NCBI GenBank assembly: GCA_016748015.1
Contig: JAAOMT010000597.1
Span: forward strand, 907,181 to 971,180
DNA from: Geosiphon pyriformis uo1
Lineage: Eukaryota; Fungi; Glomeromycota
DNA: 64,000 nucleotides
Direction of reading: 5' to 3'
In this document: piece by piece, positions 1 to 14,020 of the stretch
Position numbering within the stretch: the stretch's first letter is position 1
Layout: each line of letters starts with the position of its first letter
Position numbers and translations under genes: made by a program
The notes under the pieces: model-generated
Told to the model about the DNA's origin: nothing
What the model saw: the letters and a program-made list of their open reading frames with translations, nothing else
The model's database searches: none

Positions 1-303
1 ATAAATGATGATTTGGTGTTGCCTAAGGTTTATAGTTTGTTATTTTTGCTTTTTGTTGGAGTTATTAGATTGCTTAATGTTGCTAAAATACTTGGTATTA
101 GCTTTGGTTTTTCTAGATCTTGCTGTTTTTTTTCTGGTATTGATAATATAGTATCTGTTAAGATAGATTTATAGTGTTGCTCTGATCAATCCAAGTGGCT
201 GGTTATATATAGAAAGTACATGATTTGTGTTTAATTTAGATTATTTAGTTTAATATATTGTATTAGGTACCATTTAGACTTTATTTATTAAATAGTAAAA
301 AAA
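1..303 (+). mobile_element. 3' end of L1-like LINE (ORF2 C-terminus, 3' UTR, poly-A)
   Basis: Translates ...VIRLLNVAKILGISFGFSRSCCFFSGIDNIVSVKIDL* (TAG 172-174), homologous to the ORF2 C-terminus at 26379-26500(-). Followed by the shared 3' UTR motif and an A-run near 297-303. Confidence 0.8.
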
Positions 304-399
304 TATATATATAATAAATAAGATACATTAATCTATAAAAATTTAAAATCAAAATCTGGTTTGTTTTTGGATTTTTTAAATAATATAATTTATTATTTT

Positions 400-2731
400 T
401 CTTAAGATGACTATTTAATTACAGATTTATTAATTTGCAAATTTTGAATTAATTTTCTTTCTATTTTTTGTGTTTTTTAATTTATTTCAATATCAGTTTA
501 ATAAACAATTTTTTGGTTAAAGTAATTAAAATTTTTTATAGTTATAATTTGTTTTTAGTTAATACTTTATTTTTAGTTTTTTAGTTTTTGTATAGAACTT
601 TTATGTTAATAGTTTTAGATAACTTAATATTTTTTAAGATGTTTTATTTTCTTAAATAATTTGGTATTATTTTATTAAGTAGTTGTATAATAAAAAAGAT
701 AATGTTTTTAATTAAAAAACTTTTAAGATTAAAAAAAACTGAATTTTCAAGACTTAACTTCTAATTAATTTGCTTTTTTTATTATATTTTTAAATATTTC
801 TGATTTTTAATATTTTGTTTTTAAATATGTTGAATTTATGTAAGTTTGATTTATAATTAATTGCTTGATATTAATATAACTTGTTTATTTAGTTATACTA
901 ATAAATTTTTAAATAATTAAATATTATTAATATAAAAATTAATATTGCAATACTTTTTAAGGCTCTAAATTTAAATATAGGTATTATACTATCTAATTTG
1001 GTTTTTTTATAATAACTGATGTTATTTATAAGAAAAAAAATACAAAAAAAAAATAAAAAAACAAATTATAAAAATAAGTCAATAGAAAATAGTACTCAAT
1101 ATATAAGTATATTTTTAAAAAATTATAGCATATTGTTAAAAATATGCATATTTACAAGAAATAAATACATTTCCAAGAAATTATAGCACATAGCTTAAGA
1201 ATAAGCACAGTTTTAAAAAATAATATAAAAAAAAGTAAGAATATATAAGATCTTATATAACAAAAATTAAGTATATATAATAGTAGTATCAGAAATAAAA
1301 AAAATACTTAAACAAGTTTTTAGTTAGTTAATAATAAATATTTATAACATATTTTTTTTCAAAAAATAGTTTTCTATATTTTAAAGTAAAATCATCTAAA
1401 TATTAAATAAAATTATTATTTTATTATTTAATTTATATTATTTTTTTCTTTAAATTAAAATTGCTATTCTCCAACTTTATTAGCAACTTATGCTAATAAT
1501 ATTTACTATTTAATTATACTAGACCAATAACTTTTAATTATAATTATTAACAAAACACTAACTTTTTATTTTTTTTATTTTGTTTTTTTGTTGTTTATTA
1601 ATTAATTAAGAGATTAAGTATTAAAATCTTAACATCAAAAATAATTTAATAAAAAACCTGTGAAACAAAAGTAAAAACTTAAAAATAGCTTACCAAAAGA
1701 ACACAATTGTCAGATTAAATTGGTTTTTATGTTAAAAAACAAAATTTAAATAGAAAACACAAATTGAATCTCTGTTTATCATACAAAAGACTTTAACTAA
1801 AACTTTTAAATTATAAAAACTTTCAAATTTGAAAACCTTTAAAAATTAACATTAAAATTAACTATTGAACACTAAATTATGGATTTATTATTTATTTCAA
1901 TATTTCAAATAATTATTTGTAATACTAAATTGCAGAATATTATGCTGATCTTAGAATATATATATTTTTTGTATATTTAAAATAAAATTTAACATTTAAG
2001 TAGCTTTAAATTATGTTTTTTGGAATTGGTTTTGTTTTTACTGGATTTTTGTAATTATTGTTAAATTAAATAACAGCATATTGTTAATATTATTAAAGAA
2101 AAAATCTAAAAATTGTTTAGTGTAAAATTAAAAGATATTTTGGTATTTTTAATTATAAAAAAGCTAATACTATAACTAATACTGTTTCTTTTTTTAATAT
2201 AGTACTTTTAATCTGTGTTTAGAAAATTTTTATTATAATTAATAATATAATTATGTTAGATAATACTAAGTATTTTGTTTGTAAAGTTTTTTAAATAGTT
2301 TACTATATATATTAGAAAGTCAAATTCTGTACTAAAGTTTTAAATAGTAGTTTAATAAAAAATTTTAATTAAATTTGATTATTACTGATTTAACATTTTA
2401 ATTTTTACATAATTATCAGCTTTATAAGCAAAACTATAATTAGTATGTATTTTTACTTTATAAAAATTATATATTATAAAATTTTTATAGCTATTTATAA
2501 ATATTTAAATAATAAATATTATTATAATATTTTGTGTTTTTATTGTGATAAAATTGAATTTTTAGACCACTTTTTTTTATACAAAATAAATATAAATATA
2601 TACAAAAACATTTTTGATTTATATTTAGTTATTTAAAAAATAATATCTGGTTTATATAAATTATCTTTATATATATTTTAACTGTTTTTTTTATGCTGTT
2701 ATTAGAGATTTTCGGTTTTTTTTTTAAATGG
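400..2731 (-). mobile_element. Heavily decayed 3' region (extra ORF + LTR) of a third Gypsy-like family, interrupted by a solo LTR
   Basis: The 2050-2150(-) translation, roughly KYLFNFTLNNF*IFFFNNINNMLL, resembles QYISKLTKLKFQQFLDQITLIIL of the family-B extra ORF. 400-1019 has short patches resembling the family-B LTR. Very degenerate. Confidence 0.35.
1020..1924 (+). mobile_element. Solo LTR, family-A type
   Basis: Starts TGTTA and ends ...AATAATTATTTGTAATA (decayed TGTAACA). The 3' two-thirds match the LTRs at 30410/39424. Flanks CTGA/CTAA form a 4-bp TSD with one transition. Confidence 0.85.
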
Positions 2732-5700
2732 TGTTAATATCTGTTTGTTGTTAATTTACATTTTTTAGAAGCAATTAAATCTCCAATAATTGAATTTATC
2801 TTCAAATTATCTCTTATAATTTAAATTACTGGGCTTATAAATAGAATAACCAATTTTATGTTAGTTATTGTGTATAGTTACTTTGTAATAAAAATTAACT
2901 TTTTTTCAGGAATTACTTATTTAAAAGTTCATTAAAATGTATAGTTACTTTGCTGTAAAAGTCAAGTTTTCTGCAGAAATTTTGTTGGTAAACTATTCTA
3001 ATAATTATAATAAGAAAAAATAAAAATAAAAGAAATATAAAAGAAATAAAATTTTATTTAGAGAATTGTTTTTGCTTTAGAATTAAAGTTACTAATAAAT
3101 TATTAAAATTGATAATTAATAAATTTTAAAATGTTAGTTGAATTTTGGAAAATATGAAATATAAATATTAAAAAATAGTTTTCAGAATATATTTTATTTT
3201 GAATTGTATTAATAAGGATAAATCTAAGTAAAATATATTTTCTTGAAAAAAAAAAGCTTTTCTTTTATACAACTTGTTTTAATACTAATCTATAAATTTA
3301 AACTTTTTTTTTATTCTGATTTTAATGAATTAAAAATACATTTTAACAAATTACAAATTGTTTTAATGAACTATTAACTATTTCAGTAAATTATTTATTA
3401 TTTTTACAAATTTTTACAAATTTTGGCAAATTCTTAAATGTTATCTAGTATAAGGTATTATATAATTTGATTATCCTAATTTCTATTATACAAATTAAAT
3501 TATTAATTAAATAGTAATCTTTGATAATTTTGATTAAATAATAAGTAATAATTTGAATAATAATAAAAATTATATAGGTAATTTTATGCTAATTAATAAC
3601 TAAAATTTTACTGGTAATATAATTTCTTCCTTAAAACTGAGTTCTATCGAAATTTAAATATTATCTGTAATATTAAAATAATAGTCTAAAATAATTAAAG
3701 TGATTTGGTCTGAAAATTGTTGAAATTTCAGTTTTATAAGTTTGTCAATGTATTAAATCTTTATTAATTGGAGTATTAGATTTTGTAGAACATTTTTACA
3801 AGTATTGAATAGATTATATAATCTAAAAACTGTTCTAAATTTGTAATGAGTATTTGTTGATTTAGTTGTTGTCTTAAATTTATTGTAAATTTGTTTTTAT
3901 TTAATTTTGAGAATAAAATTGGTTGTTTTAGATTCCAGTTTTTGTTTATAAAGTGGTTTTCTAATATAAAAATATCTAAAAATAAGAATATATTTTTGGC
4001 TTTGTTTATTAAGATACAGTTAAAGTTTTTGTTAAGTTGTGATATTTGGTAAAATATTAATAGGAATAAATGAAAAGTTTTTTTTTAAAGCTTGCTAAAA
4101 AAGTTTTGATAATTGAATTACAAAGTAGTTTTTTGTGTTTTTTATAAGAGTAACAATTCTGAAAATTATTTACTACTGGTATTATAGTTTCTTTTTGAGT
4201 TTAATTAATTTGACTTTTATTAATTATTATAGATAAGTCAAAAAATATTTTTAAAGCTAACATTAATTTTTAAAACATTTGTTAAATGTTTTAGAGAATA
4301 ATTATGATAAAAGTAAATAAATTGGAAATAGAATTTGAAAAAAATTTGAAAAGAAAAATAAAAAAATATTTTTGAGTATAGAGTTTTATATATTTTTGGT
4401 TTTAAATTTTTTTTGTAATTATTTACTATTTTTGTTTTTATGTTTGTATATTATTAAAAAAATATTATGTTAATGTTTAATTAAATGTTCAAATTTGGTT
4501 GTTGTTTTATTATAATTATTAGTTCTAGATTTTGAAGAATATTTTTGGAGTTAATTAAAGAAGAATGTATACTAATTTGTAAAATTAAAAATTCAGAATT
4601 GTTCTTAGAGTGATAGTATTTCAATTAATTTCTATATACAACTTTTGATAGAACTTTGTCATTAAGTCTTAATTTATATGATTTATTGTTTAAAATTTTA
4701 TGAATATAAAATGATCTGTTTTATTTATGTTTAAATTTTTTATTCTATTGTTTTTCAGTCTTAGTTCTGTACAAAAAAACTTTGTTTTTAACTTTAAATT
4801 TATTGGTAACTGGTGACAATTTGTTGATATAATATTTTTTTTGTTAAGCTTGAAAATATTCAATATATATAACTGCTATTTATTTTTTTCTTTTCAATAT
4901 AGTAAAAAAGATGTAAGCTCTTTGTTGAAATGTTTTTTAAAAGTTTTTTTTATTAATTGGTTGCACAAAATATGTTTTCATGAAGAAATTAATTGGTAAT
5001 ATTGTTATTTTTTTATAAGTCAAATTAAAAAGTATGTGTTTTATAGTATTTTATTTTAATGTTCTATATATTAATAATATTGATAAAATAAAGATATTCT
5101 ATATTTGTTCAAACTCAATTGAGATTTTGGCTAATGATTTACATAGTGTTTAGTTAATTATTTTACAAATTTATTTATTTATGGATAATATAATAATGAT
5201 AAAAGTTTAATTGAACATCTGTATCTACAAATAATATCTTTATAAATAAAATTTGCTACTAATTTTGTATCTACTTATTGAATGGCTCTGGTTTCAGACC
5301 ATTTAGTAAAATAATCTACTGTGACTATTATATAACAGTTTTCTTAAGTAATAATAGATAATGATTTGACTAAATTAATGTTGACTCTGTTAAAAAGTTG
5401 TTTAACTTTAATTGAATTTAAAAGTTCAGTAAAATAAGTTTTTTATCTTTTTTAATAACTATTACATAATTCTATATATTGTTAAATGTTTTTTTGTATA
5501 TAAAGCCAAAAATAATGTTTTAAAATTCTCTAAATTGTATTATCTTTTCTTAAATATGCTAATGATGAGTTTGTATGCATGTTGTAAAGAATGATTTTTT
5601 TTTGTTTTTTTGAATTAATCTAAGTAAATTTGTTAGATTTTTTTAATTTTAATTTTAATTTTGTTATAATATAGAAAATATTGTTTTAATTAGTATTGTA

Positions 5701-8087
5701 ATTGCTGTTTGTTGATTAAAGACCAGTTTTTTGGCATAGTAAGAGTTTCCAAGTAATTTTTGATGTTTTTGTAATTTTTGGAATTCATTATTTGTTGATT
5801 GTTTTGTTGTTATTAAGTTATTAAGTTGTAAGTATAATTCTAATTTTGCTTTATTCTTAAAAAACTATCTATATTTGTGTATAGTTTTTCTGATTTGTAA
5901 TATACAATGTATTATAATTAACAAAAAAATTAGTCTATTAAAATTGTTTTGTACTAAGTTTTGATTCTTTTTTATTAAGCTATTTAAAACTAATGTTGTT
6001 GATTATAATGTCAAATTTTTTTCTATTTTACAAGTATTATTAAAAATATTTTAAGATTCAAATAATAGCTGCTGCTTTCAATTTAGTAAAGTCATATTTG
6101 GTTTCAGTAAGTTTGAGTGTTTTATTAACATAAGCAATAATTTATTTATTGTTATTATTATCTAATTATAATAAGATAATACCAAATTCTATATATAAAG
6201 CATTAGTGGCTAAAGAGAACTATTTGTAAAAGTCTAAATAACAAGAACTAAAGCTGTTGTTAATTTTGTTTTAAGAGTTTCAAATGCTTTTTGCTATTTA
6301 TGAATCTATTAATATAGCATGTTTTTGTTAATTAAATAATTAAAAAGTTTTGCAATGTGAAAAATTTTTTGATAATCTTTTGGTAATAAAAAGCTAATTC
6401 TATGAATTTTTTTAATTATGTGGTATTATAAAAATTTGAAAGTTTTTAACAGTTCTAATTGTTTCTAAATTAGATTGGATTTTATCTTTGCTTACAATGT
6501 GTTTTAGAAAAATCAAACTTGTTTTTTCAAAGTGACATTTTTTGATGTTCAATTTCAATTCTGCTTTTTGTAATAATTAAAAAACTTCTTATAAATAAAT
6601 TAAATAAGTTTTAAAACTAAGAAAATACACATTAGTAATATTAAAATAAACAACTATTAATTGCCATAGAAGTTTTTTGTAAACAATATCCATGAATCTT
6701 TGAAATATTGCTAATACATTACAGAATTTGAAAAGCATAATATTGAATTCATAGTTTTTTTTTTATGTAGTAAATGTTGTTTTGAAACAGTCTTTTGGAT
6801 CTATTTTAATTAGTCAATATTTGCTTTCCAAATTTTAAATTGAGAAAAACTCGGTTTTTTTTAGTATATTTAGCATGTTATTAATTTTTGATAGTAGATA
6901 GATATTTTTAATTGTAATACTATTTAGTTGATAATAGTCTATACAAGATTTGATCTTGCTATTTTTTTTGACCAGAACTATTGGTAAGACCTATAGGCTT
7001 CTTAATAATTAGATGAAACTATTTTTAAGTATCTGTTGCATTTTTTTTTAATGAATTGATAATTAACAAATAGAATTCAATAAACTTGTTTGTATTGGGT
7101 AAAGCATCTCTTGTGTAAATTTGATGTTATATAATATTGGTTTTTCTAAGATCATTGTTGTTTTTAGCAAATATGTTAGCATATTTTGTAATTAATTATT
7201 TTAATTGTCTTTGCTGTTAGGATTCTAAGAAACCCATATTAATTCGAAAAAGTTTTTTTTTATGATATAGTAGTTTTCAATAATAAAAATAGTATTTGGA
7301 TTCAGGAGTAATATATGTCTTACAATTTTAATAAAATTAGAAACAGTTTAAGGAATTTTGTTCTAAAAAATATTGCTATATATAACTTCAATTTTTAGTT
7401 TATTTAATAAAATAATGGAGTAATTGTTGGAGTTATAAAATATAACTTGAAATTTTTTTATTTTTTTTGAGATGTATATATTAGGAATTGAAATTTTGTG
7501 TTTTAAACAAATTTGTTCATTTTATTTAAAGATTTATTAGGTGGTAATTGGTTTTAGACAAATATAAAATTTATGATGTTTTCTAAACAGTATAATAATT
7601 GATTAAAAAAGTTAAAAAATCTGGTAAGATTCATTCTGTATATTAAAAACTATATTTATTAGAACTATAAATTATTCAGTTGAACCAAAATCTTGGATTC
7701 TTTTATTGCTTTTGCCTAATTGTTTTTTTTAATTGACTAGTTATAAACCTGAAATGTTGATTAAAAATAGATAAATAGCTTTGTTTGAAATATTCAAATC
7801 GTTCTTTGTAATAAATCTTGCAGTAATAATAAGTATGTGTTTTATATTTCTCTTTTGGTAATATACAGACTTTTATAAATAAAAGCTTTTTATTGTAGTC
7901 ATTATATTTGAGTAGAATATAAGATAATTGTTTCTATAGTTTTGGTTTAAAATACCAAACTTTGTTATAACTCCTAGTTTCTTTGAAAATTTTTTTTTCT
8001 GTTTTTTTGGCTTAATTGAATATTGATCTAAAAGCCATGTAGGTTTTGGAAATTGGCATTTTTTTTCTTTTTTAAATTTGAATACAG
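2732..8087 (-). mobile_element. Ty3/Gypsy family B relic, copy 1: RT (~7100-6300), RNase H (~6250-5850), integrase (~5600-4500), extra ORF (~4300-3655), PPT, 3' LTR (3619-~2732)
   Basis: Decayed RT/RH/IN motifs on the minus strand (SCIDYYQLN, MLFKFCN, VYFNITNV for YLDD, VTVDYFTKWSETRAI). Colinear with 43040-47700. Purine tract followed by T(A/G)TTA at 3619. The distal LTR end at 2732 is tentative. Cut at 8087 by insertion of family A. Confidence 0.85.
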
Positions 8088-8891
8088 TATTACAGATAAT
8101 TATTTGAAGTGTTAAAACAAATAACAAATCTGTAACTTAGTGCTCAATAGCTAAAAATATTAATAATTTCTGAAAGTTTTGGAATTTGAAAGTTTTGGTT
8201 GAGTTTTTTGTATAATAAACAGAAATTTAATTAATAGTTTTTTCTGTGAATTTTTTTTTAACATAATAGCTAGTTTATTTTGGCAGTTATACTCTTTTAA
8301 TAAGTTATCTTTAAGTTTTCTACTTTTGCTTTTAGGTCTTTTACCAGACTATTTTTGACATTAAATATTTAATGCTTAATTTTTTTAATTAATAAGTAAA
8401 CAACAAAAAAATAAAACAAAATAAAAAATTAGTATTCTGTTAATAATCATAATCAAGAGTTATTGGTCCAATATAGTTAAGTATTAGATTTTATCAATAT
8501 GAAATATTAATAATATGGAATAGATTAATATTTCTTTAATTAAGTAATGATAACATGAATTTGATAATAATTAGATATTTTATTAATATTAATATAATTT
8601 CATTTCAAATTATAAAAAACTATTTTTTAAAGAAAAAAGTATAAGATAAATAATTATTATTAGTTACTATTTTGTTTAAGTCTGTTTTTTTTGCTTTTAA
8701 TACTCTTGCTATATATATATGATTTATGTTATACAAGATTCTTTAACATCTTTCAATTTTTTTAACAGGAATTGTGAAATTTTGGAATTCTGCAATTCTT
8801 CAAGAGAAATTTCAAAATTCGTTTTTTTATTATGTCTATTTTTGATTGACTATTTTATCTACTATTATAATTTTAATTTTTATAAATAACA
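8088..8891 (-). repeat. 3' LTR of Gypsy A copy 1
   Basis: The minus strand begins TGTTA at 8891 after a purine tract and ends TCTGTAATA at 8088. Contains the GAATTCC-type tandem units. Confidence 0.85.
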
Positions 8892-9889
8892 TTATTCTTT
8901 TCTTTTAATATTGAGTTTTGTTAAGATTTTCTAAATCTCCTAAATCTCTCTTTTGAATTAGCTTCATAACTTTTTTCTTGAGAATTGTTTTTGTAATTCT
9001 GGTCTGCAATTCATTAAATTGGGCATTGATTAATTTTTCCAGTTAATTAATAGTTATTGTACTTATTACTAAGTGTAGCAATATTTCTGATCAATCTTAA
9101 AATCTCATTTGTAGTCAATAGATAATTTTTATATATATGAGTATATTGTTTTTTTTACTACTTATTTAATTTGTTGTAATATAATTATATTAAATATTTT
9201 TTGGTTTTATTTATATATAAGTTCTAAATATTTAGTTTTTATTCTAATTAATAATAGCAAAAGTTTTTGGGAATTTATTGTGTTTATTGATTTCAATTTT
9301 CTAATATTACTTCTTTATTTAATATCACTATTCTTAGAGTTTTTAGTGTTTTTCTCATTTTTTCTATTATTTTGTTTACTAAATTTTTAAAAATATGATA
9401 TTTGGAATTTTGTTTTTTTATTTGAAATTTTTGATTTATTTTTTTGTCTTTATATTAGATTATTTGTTTGTTAATAGTGACTTTTAAACTTTATTTTTGA
9501 TGTTGAATAAGTTGTAATAATTGTTGTATAAGTAAGTAAATATTGTTAGTAATTTTTATTTTTCCATTTGTTTTTGTTATATGTATTGGTTTTTTATATA
9601 CTGTTTTTGTAAATCAATTTAATATGTTTGTGTTAATGATTATAATTGGTTCTAAATTTTGTAGAATTTTATCTGATTAAACTAGTATTTGTTGTACTTC
9701 CAATTGTAAAATATTACTAATAAATAATAATAATATATTATAATATGGTTTTAATTGATTACTATGTGCTGTTTTAGTTAAAATTTTGTTGTCTTATCTT
9801 AATTTATAAGCTCTATATTTTAGAATTTTTTTAATGTAAAATGGTCTATTTTATTTGGGGTCAAATTTTCTACTTCATTGTTTTTCTAC

Positions 9890-10706
9890 TGTTACTTATA
9901 AAAATTAAGAATTATAATAATAAGTAAAATAGTCAATTAAAAATAAATTTAATAAAAGAAGAATTGTAGTATTTCAAAATTTCAAAATTCTAGAATTTTT
10001 TTCAAGAAATTGCAGAATTCTAGAATTTTTTTTAAAAAAATTGAAAAATTTCAAAGAATTTTATATAACATAAATTATGTATATATAGTAAGAGTATTAA
10101 AAACAAAAAAAAAAGATTTAATTCAGTTCAGAACAATAATACTCTTTTTTTTAAAAGATAATTTTCTATAACTTAAAACAGAATCACATTAATATTAACA
10201 AAATATCTAATTATTATTAAATCTATAATATTATTAAAAAAATATTAATCATTTTCATACTATTAACATTTTATATTAATAAAATCTAATACTTAACTAT
10301 ATTAAAACAATAGCTTTTAATTATAGCTATTAATAAAATACTAATTTTTTATTTTATTTTATTTTTTTATTGATTTTGTTTTATTTTTTTATTATTTACT
10401 AAATGATTAAAGAGATTAAATATTAAATATTTAACATCAAAAATAGTTTGATAAAAAATCTGAGAACAAAAATAGAAATTTAATGATAATTTACTAAAAG
10501 AGCATGACTATTAAAATAAATTGGTTATTACACTAAAAAAAAAATTTATAGAAGAAATCATTAATTAAATTTCTGTCTATTATATAAAAGACTCAACCAA
10601 AACTTTTAAACTCCAAAATTTTTAGAATTCCCAATATTTTTAGCTATTAAGCACTAAGTTATAGATTTGTTATTTGTTTTAATATCTTAAATAATTATTT
10701 GTAATA
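9890..10706 (+). mobile_element. Solo LTR inserted in the integrase C-terminus of Gypsy A copy 1
   Basis: TGTTA...TGTAATA with perfect TSD CTAC/CTAC (9886-9889, 10707-10710). Removing it restores the host reading LLYCIKV|EKQ*SRKFDPK. Confidence 0.92.
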
Positions 10707-13619
10707 CTACTTTGATACAATATAAGAGTATTTTGTTTCTAATCTTGAATTTGACTGATTTACCTAATAACTGGTTATGTTATTTTTTTGTTTTACTTAT
10801 GACTTTTGTATATTATTAGTTATTCTTTGCTTTTTGTTTTTTAAAGTTTCTATTAAGTTGTATGTTCTTTGGAAATTGGCTTCTGTTATTGACTCTATTA
10901 AATATATATTAATATCTATCTTAACTGGTAATATTGCTCTTTTATCATAAAATAGTTCAAATAGTATTGCTTATGTAATATTTTGCTTTATTGTTCAATA
11001 AGCAAATAATACTAATAATATAAATACATTCTATTTATTTTGGTTTTTTTTGGCTAATTTTGACTATTACTTTATACAATGTTTTATTTATTTTTTTAAC
11101 TAAGCTATTTGTTTATGGATTATATAGTAATGATAATAGTTTCTTAATTTTAAATTTTTGACTTAATTTTATTAATATTTTGCTTACAAAGTAAGTTCTT
11201 TGGTTTAATAACAATTTTTTTGAACATCTATGTTAACAAATCAAATTTTGGTGTATGAATTTGGCTTTTAATTCTATATCTGCTCTTTGAATTGCTTTTA
11301 CTTCTGGCTATTTTGTAAGATAATCTATGATTACTGCTATATATTAATTGTTTTTGCTGATTATAATTGATGATCTGACTAAGTTAATTCCAATTTGATC
11401 AAATAGTTGTTCCACTTTAATTAGTTTTAGCAGTTTACTGGATTTTTTTTTTTTTTTTTATAAACATCACAATTTTGAATATATTAAATGATGTTTGGAT
11501 ATATAGATGGCCAATAGTATTTTTTTCTGGTTTTTTTATAATTGCTTTTTTATGAAAATATTCTGCTGTTAGATCTGAATATATATTGAACAGTATTTTT
11601 TTTTTTGGTTCTGTAATTACTCTGAGTAGTTGGTTTAGATATTTTTTGTTTTTTTTATATAATATATTTTGGTAAGTAATAAAGTATTTTAATTGTTGTT
11701 TTATGTTGTTTTGTTTTTTTTTGAGATAATTTTTTCTTAAACTATTAAATATTAATATAATATTAGAGTTATTAATATTTTTGTATGTTTATTTTTTGTT
11801 ATATTTTTGAGTAAAAATGTTTTTAGATTTGTTTTATTTATAACAAACTATTAGCATTTTCATTTTTTTTTCTTTTTATAATTAAATAATAATAGTCTTA
11901 TTTTCTATTTTGCATGATAATTGTTTCCAAATTTTTGCTTCTGAATTAATGTTAATTTTTTGTAATCAGTATACATATTGAACTTTTAATTTAAGTATTT
12001 TTTCTATTTGATGACAGTCCAATAAATAACTAAGTATTCTAATATTAAAATTTTATAGTTTTTCTCAATTGAACTTAAATTTTGGCTGGCATATACTATT
12101 AGATATTTTTGTTTATTGGTTTTTTTTTGTGACAATACAACTCTTAATGCTTAACTAAATATATTAGTAGTAATAATAAATAATTTGTTGTGATCTGAAT
12201 AAATTAATACTAGAATTTGAATGAGCTTTTTTCTCAAGATATCAAAAGCTTTTTGTTAGTTTTCAGTTTATTTGTATTTAATATTCTTTGTTTAAAACTG
12301 GTAAAATGGTTGTGTTAGTTTGAAAAAGTTTTAAATAAAGTAACAATAATATTTAGTAAATTCCAAAAATGCTCTTAGTTCTGTCAAGTTTATTAGTACT
12401 AAAAAATTCTTAACAATTTTAATTTTGTCTGAATCTGTTTTAATGCTGTTTTTGCTTATGACATGTTCTAAAAACTTGAGTTTAGTTTTTTCAAAAAAGT
12501 ATTTGATAGCATATAATTTTAGTTCAGTTCTTCTTAATCTTTTAAACATTTGTTAAAAATAGTAAAAATAATTATTAAATGTTTTGGAAAACATGTTTGG
12601 TATTATTCAAGTAGACTATTACTAATTTTCATAGTAGTCTAATATAGACAATTTTTATTAATTATTAAAGCATTGGTTAAGTTAAATAGTATAATATCAA
12701 ATTCAAAATTTTTTTCTCTGATAGTAAATGTTGTCTTTTTTTTGTTGGCTGAATTCATAACTACTTATCAGTAACTACTATTTAAGTCTAATATTGAGAA
12801 TTTCTTCTAAAAGCATTAAATAGTTTTTGAATTTATGAAGTTGAATAATTGTCTTTAAGAGTTACACTATTAAGCTTTATATAATCTATACAAAAGCAGA
12901 TTTTTTCATTTTTTTTTTGAATAAGTACTACTGGTAATAATTATTGGCTCATTAATAATTAAATTAATCTGTTGTTTAACGTTTGGTTAATTTCTTGTCA
13001 GATAATTTTATGGCTTGCAAATGATATTTTGTATGCTTTTTGTTTGATTAGTATTGCATCTTTAATTTTAATTTGATGCTAGATAATATTAGTTCTGTTA
13101 AATTTATTTTTATTGACAAAGATATTAGTAAAATTGTTATATAGCATCTTAAGTTACATATATTAAAGTGGGTCTAAATTCTCTAAGTTTATTTGCAACA
13201 ACTGTTTTAATTGTAGCAAATAATATTTTTTTATTTGTAAATTGTTTGTGATATAATATTTACATATTTATACAGTTGTAAAAAATCTAAAATAGTAGTT
13301 GATAATTGGTTCTTAATTTTAATGCTTAACTATCTAATTGTAGTTTTATTTGGTATTTATATGAAGTTTTTGGTTGTAATATATATTAGAATTTTAATGT
13401 ATTTGTAGTTTTTGGCTGGTATGTAGAGATTGATAATAGCAATTTTTTTTAACTCACAAATGTTTGGTTTAGCTTCAAAAATCTGGAATTAATTTTTTAC
13501 TTTTCTTTTTATAACTAATATATACTAGTTATATGGTAAAATGAAAACTAATTAATAGGTGAAAATAATTTTTTTCTGATTAATAGTTTTTTTTTTTGCT
13601 ATATTGACTGATATTTTTA

Positions 13620-14020
13620 CTTTACTTATAGATCTAAATCACTTTATTTCTTTTGCTGTAATTCTTAATTTTTTTCTTGTTTTTACTAATACTAACTGAG
13701 CTATTTTAGCTAAAAGCAAAAATTTTTTCTGTGCTATATTTTTATATAGTTTAATTATGTATCTTTTTACTAAGTTATTTTGTAGTATTACAATAATATT
13801 TTTTATTTATTCTGTATCAATTATTTTTTTTCTTATTTTTTGCTAAACTAAATTTAAAAACTAATTACACAATTTTTATTGTTAGATTTTTTAGTAATAA
13901 TTTTAAATCTATGCTAAAACACAAATAAAATTCCAATTTAATGGCAGTTTTTTTAGAATATCTAAGATCAAATCTTATATTAGTATTATGTACATGTTTT
14001 GGCATGATACTTTTATTATT
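13620..14020 (-). pseudogene. dUTPase domain within Gypsy pol (copy 1)
   Basis: IMPKHVHNTNIRFDLRY (motif 1, from DAGFDL), IIDTE (motif 3, IIDxxY), KKIAQK (motif 4) and decayed GFGS (motif 5). Confidence 0.8.

Noticed and set aside
1930-2010. Possible third dUTPase motif (FxLxY) on the minus strand
   Set aside because: No other dUTPase motifs nearby; the context fits the extra-ORF/LTR junction better.
2445-2636. Short I/K/N/F/Y-rich ORFs (also 13941, 24593, 24661, 25367, 32819, 35229, 45677, 48777, 55172, 57357)
   Set aside because: Chance ORFs in AT-rich DNA, or off-frame/antisense to TE and pseudogene sequence.
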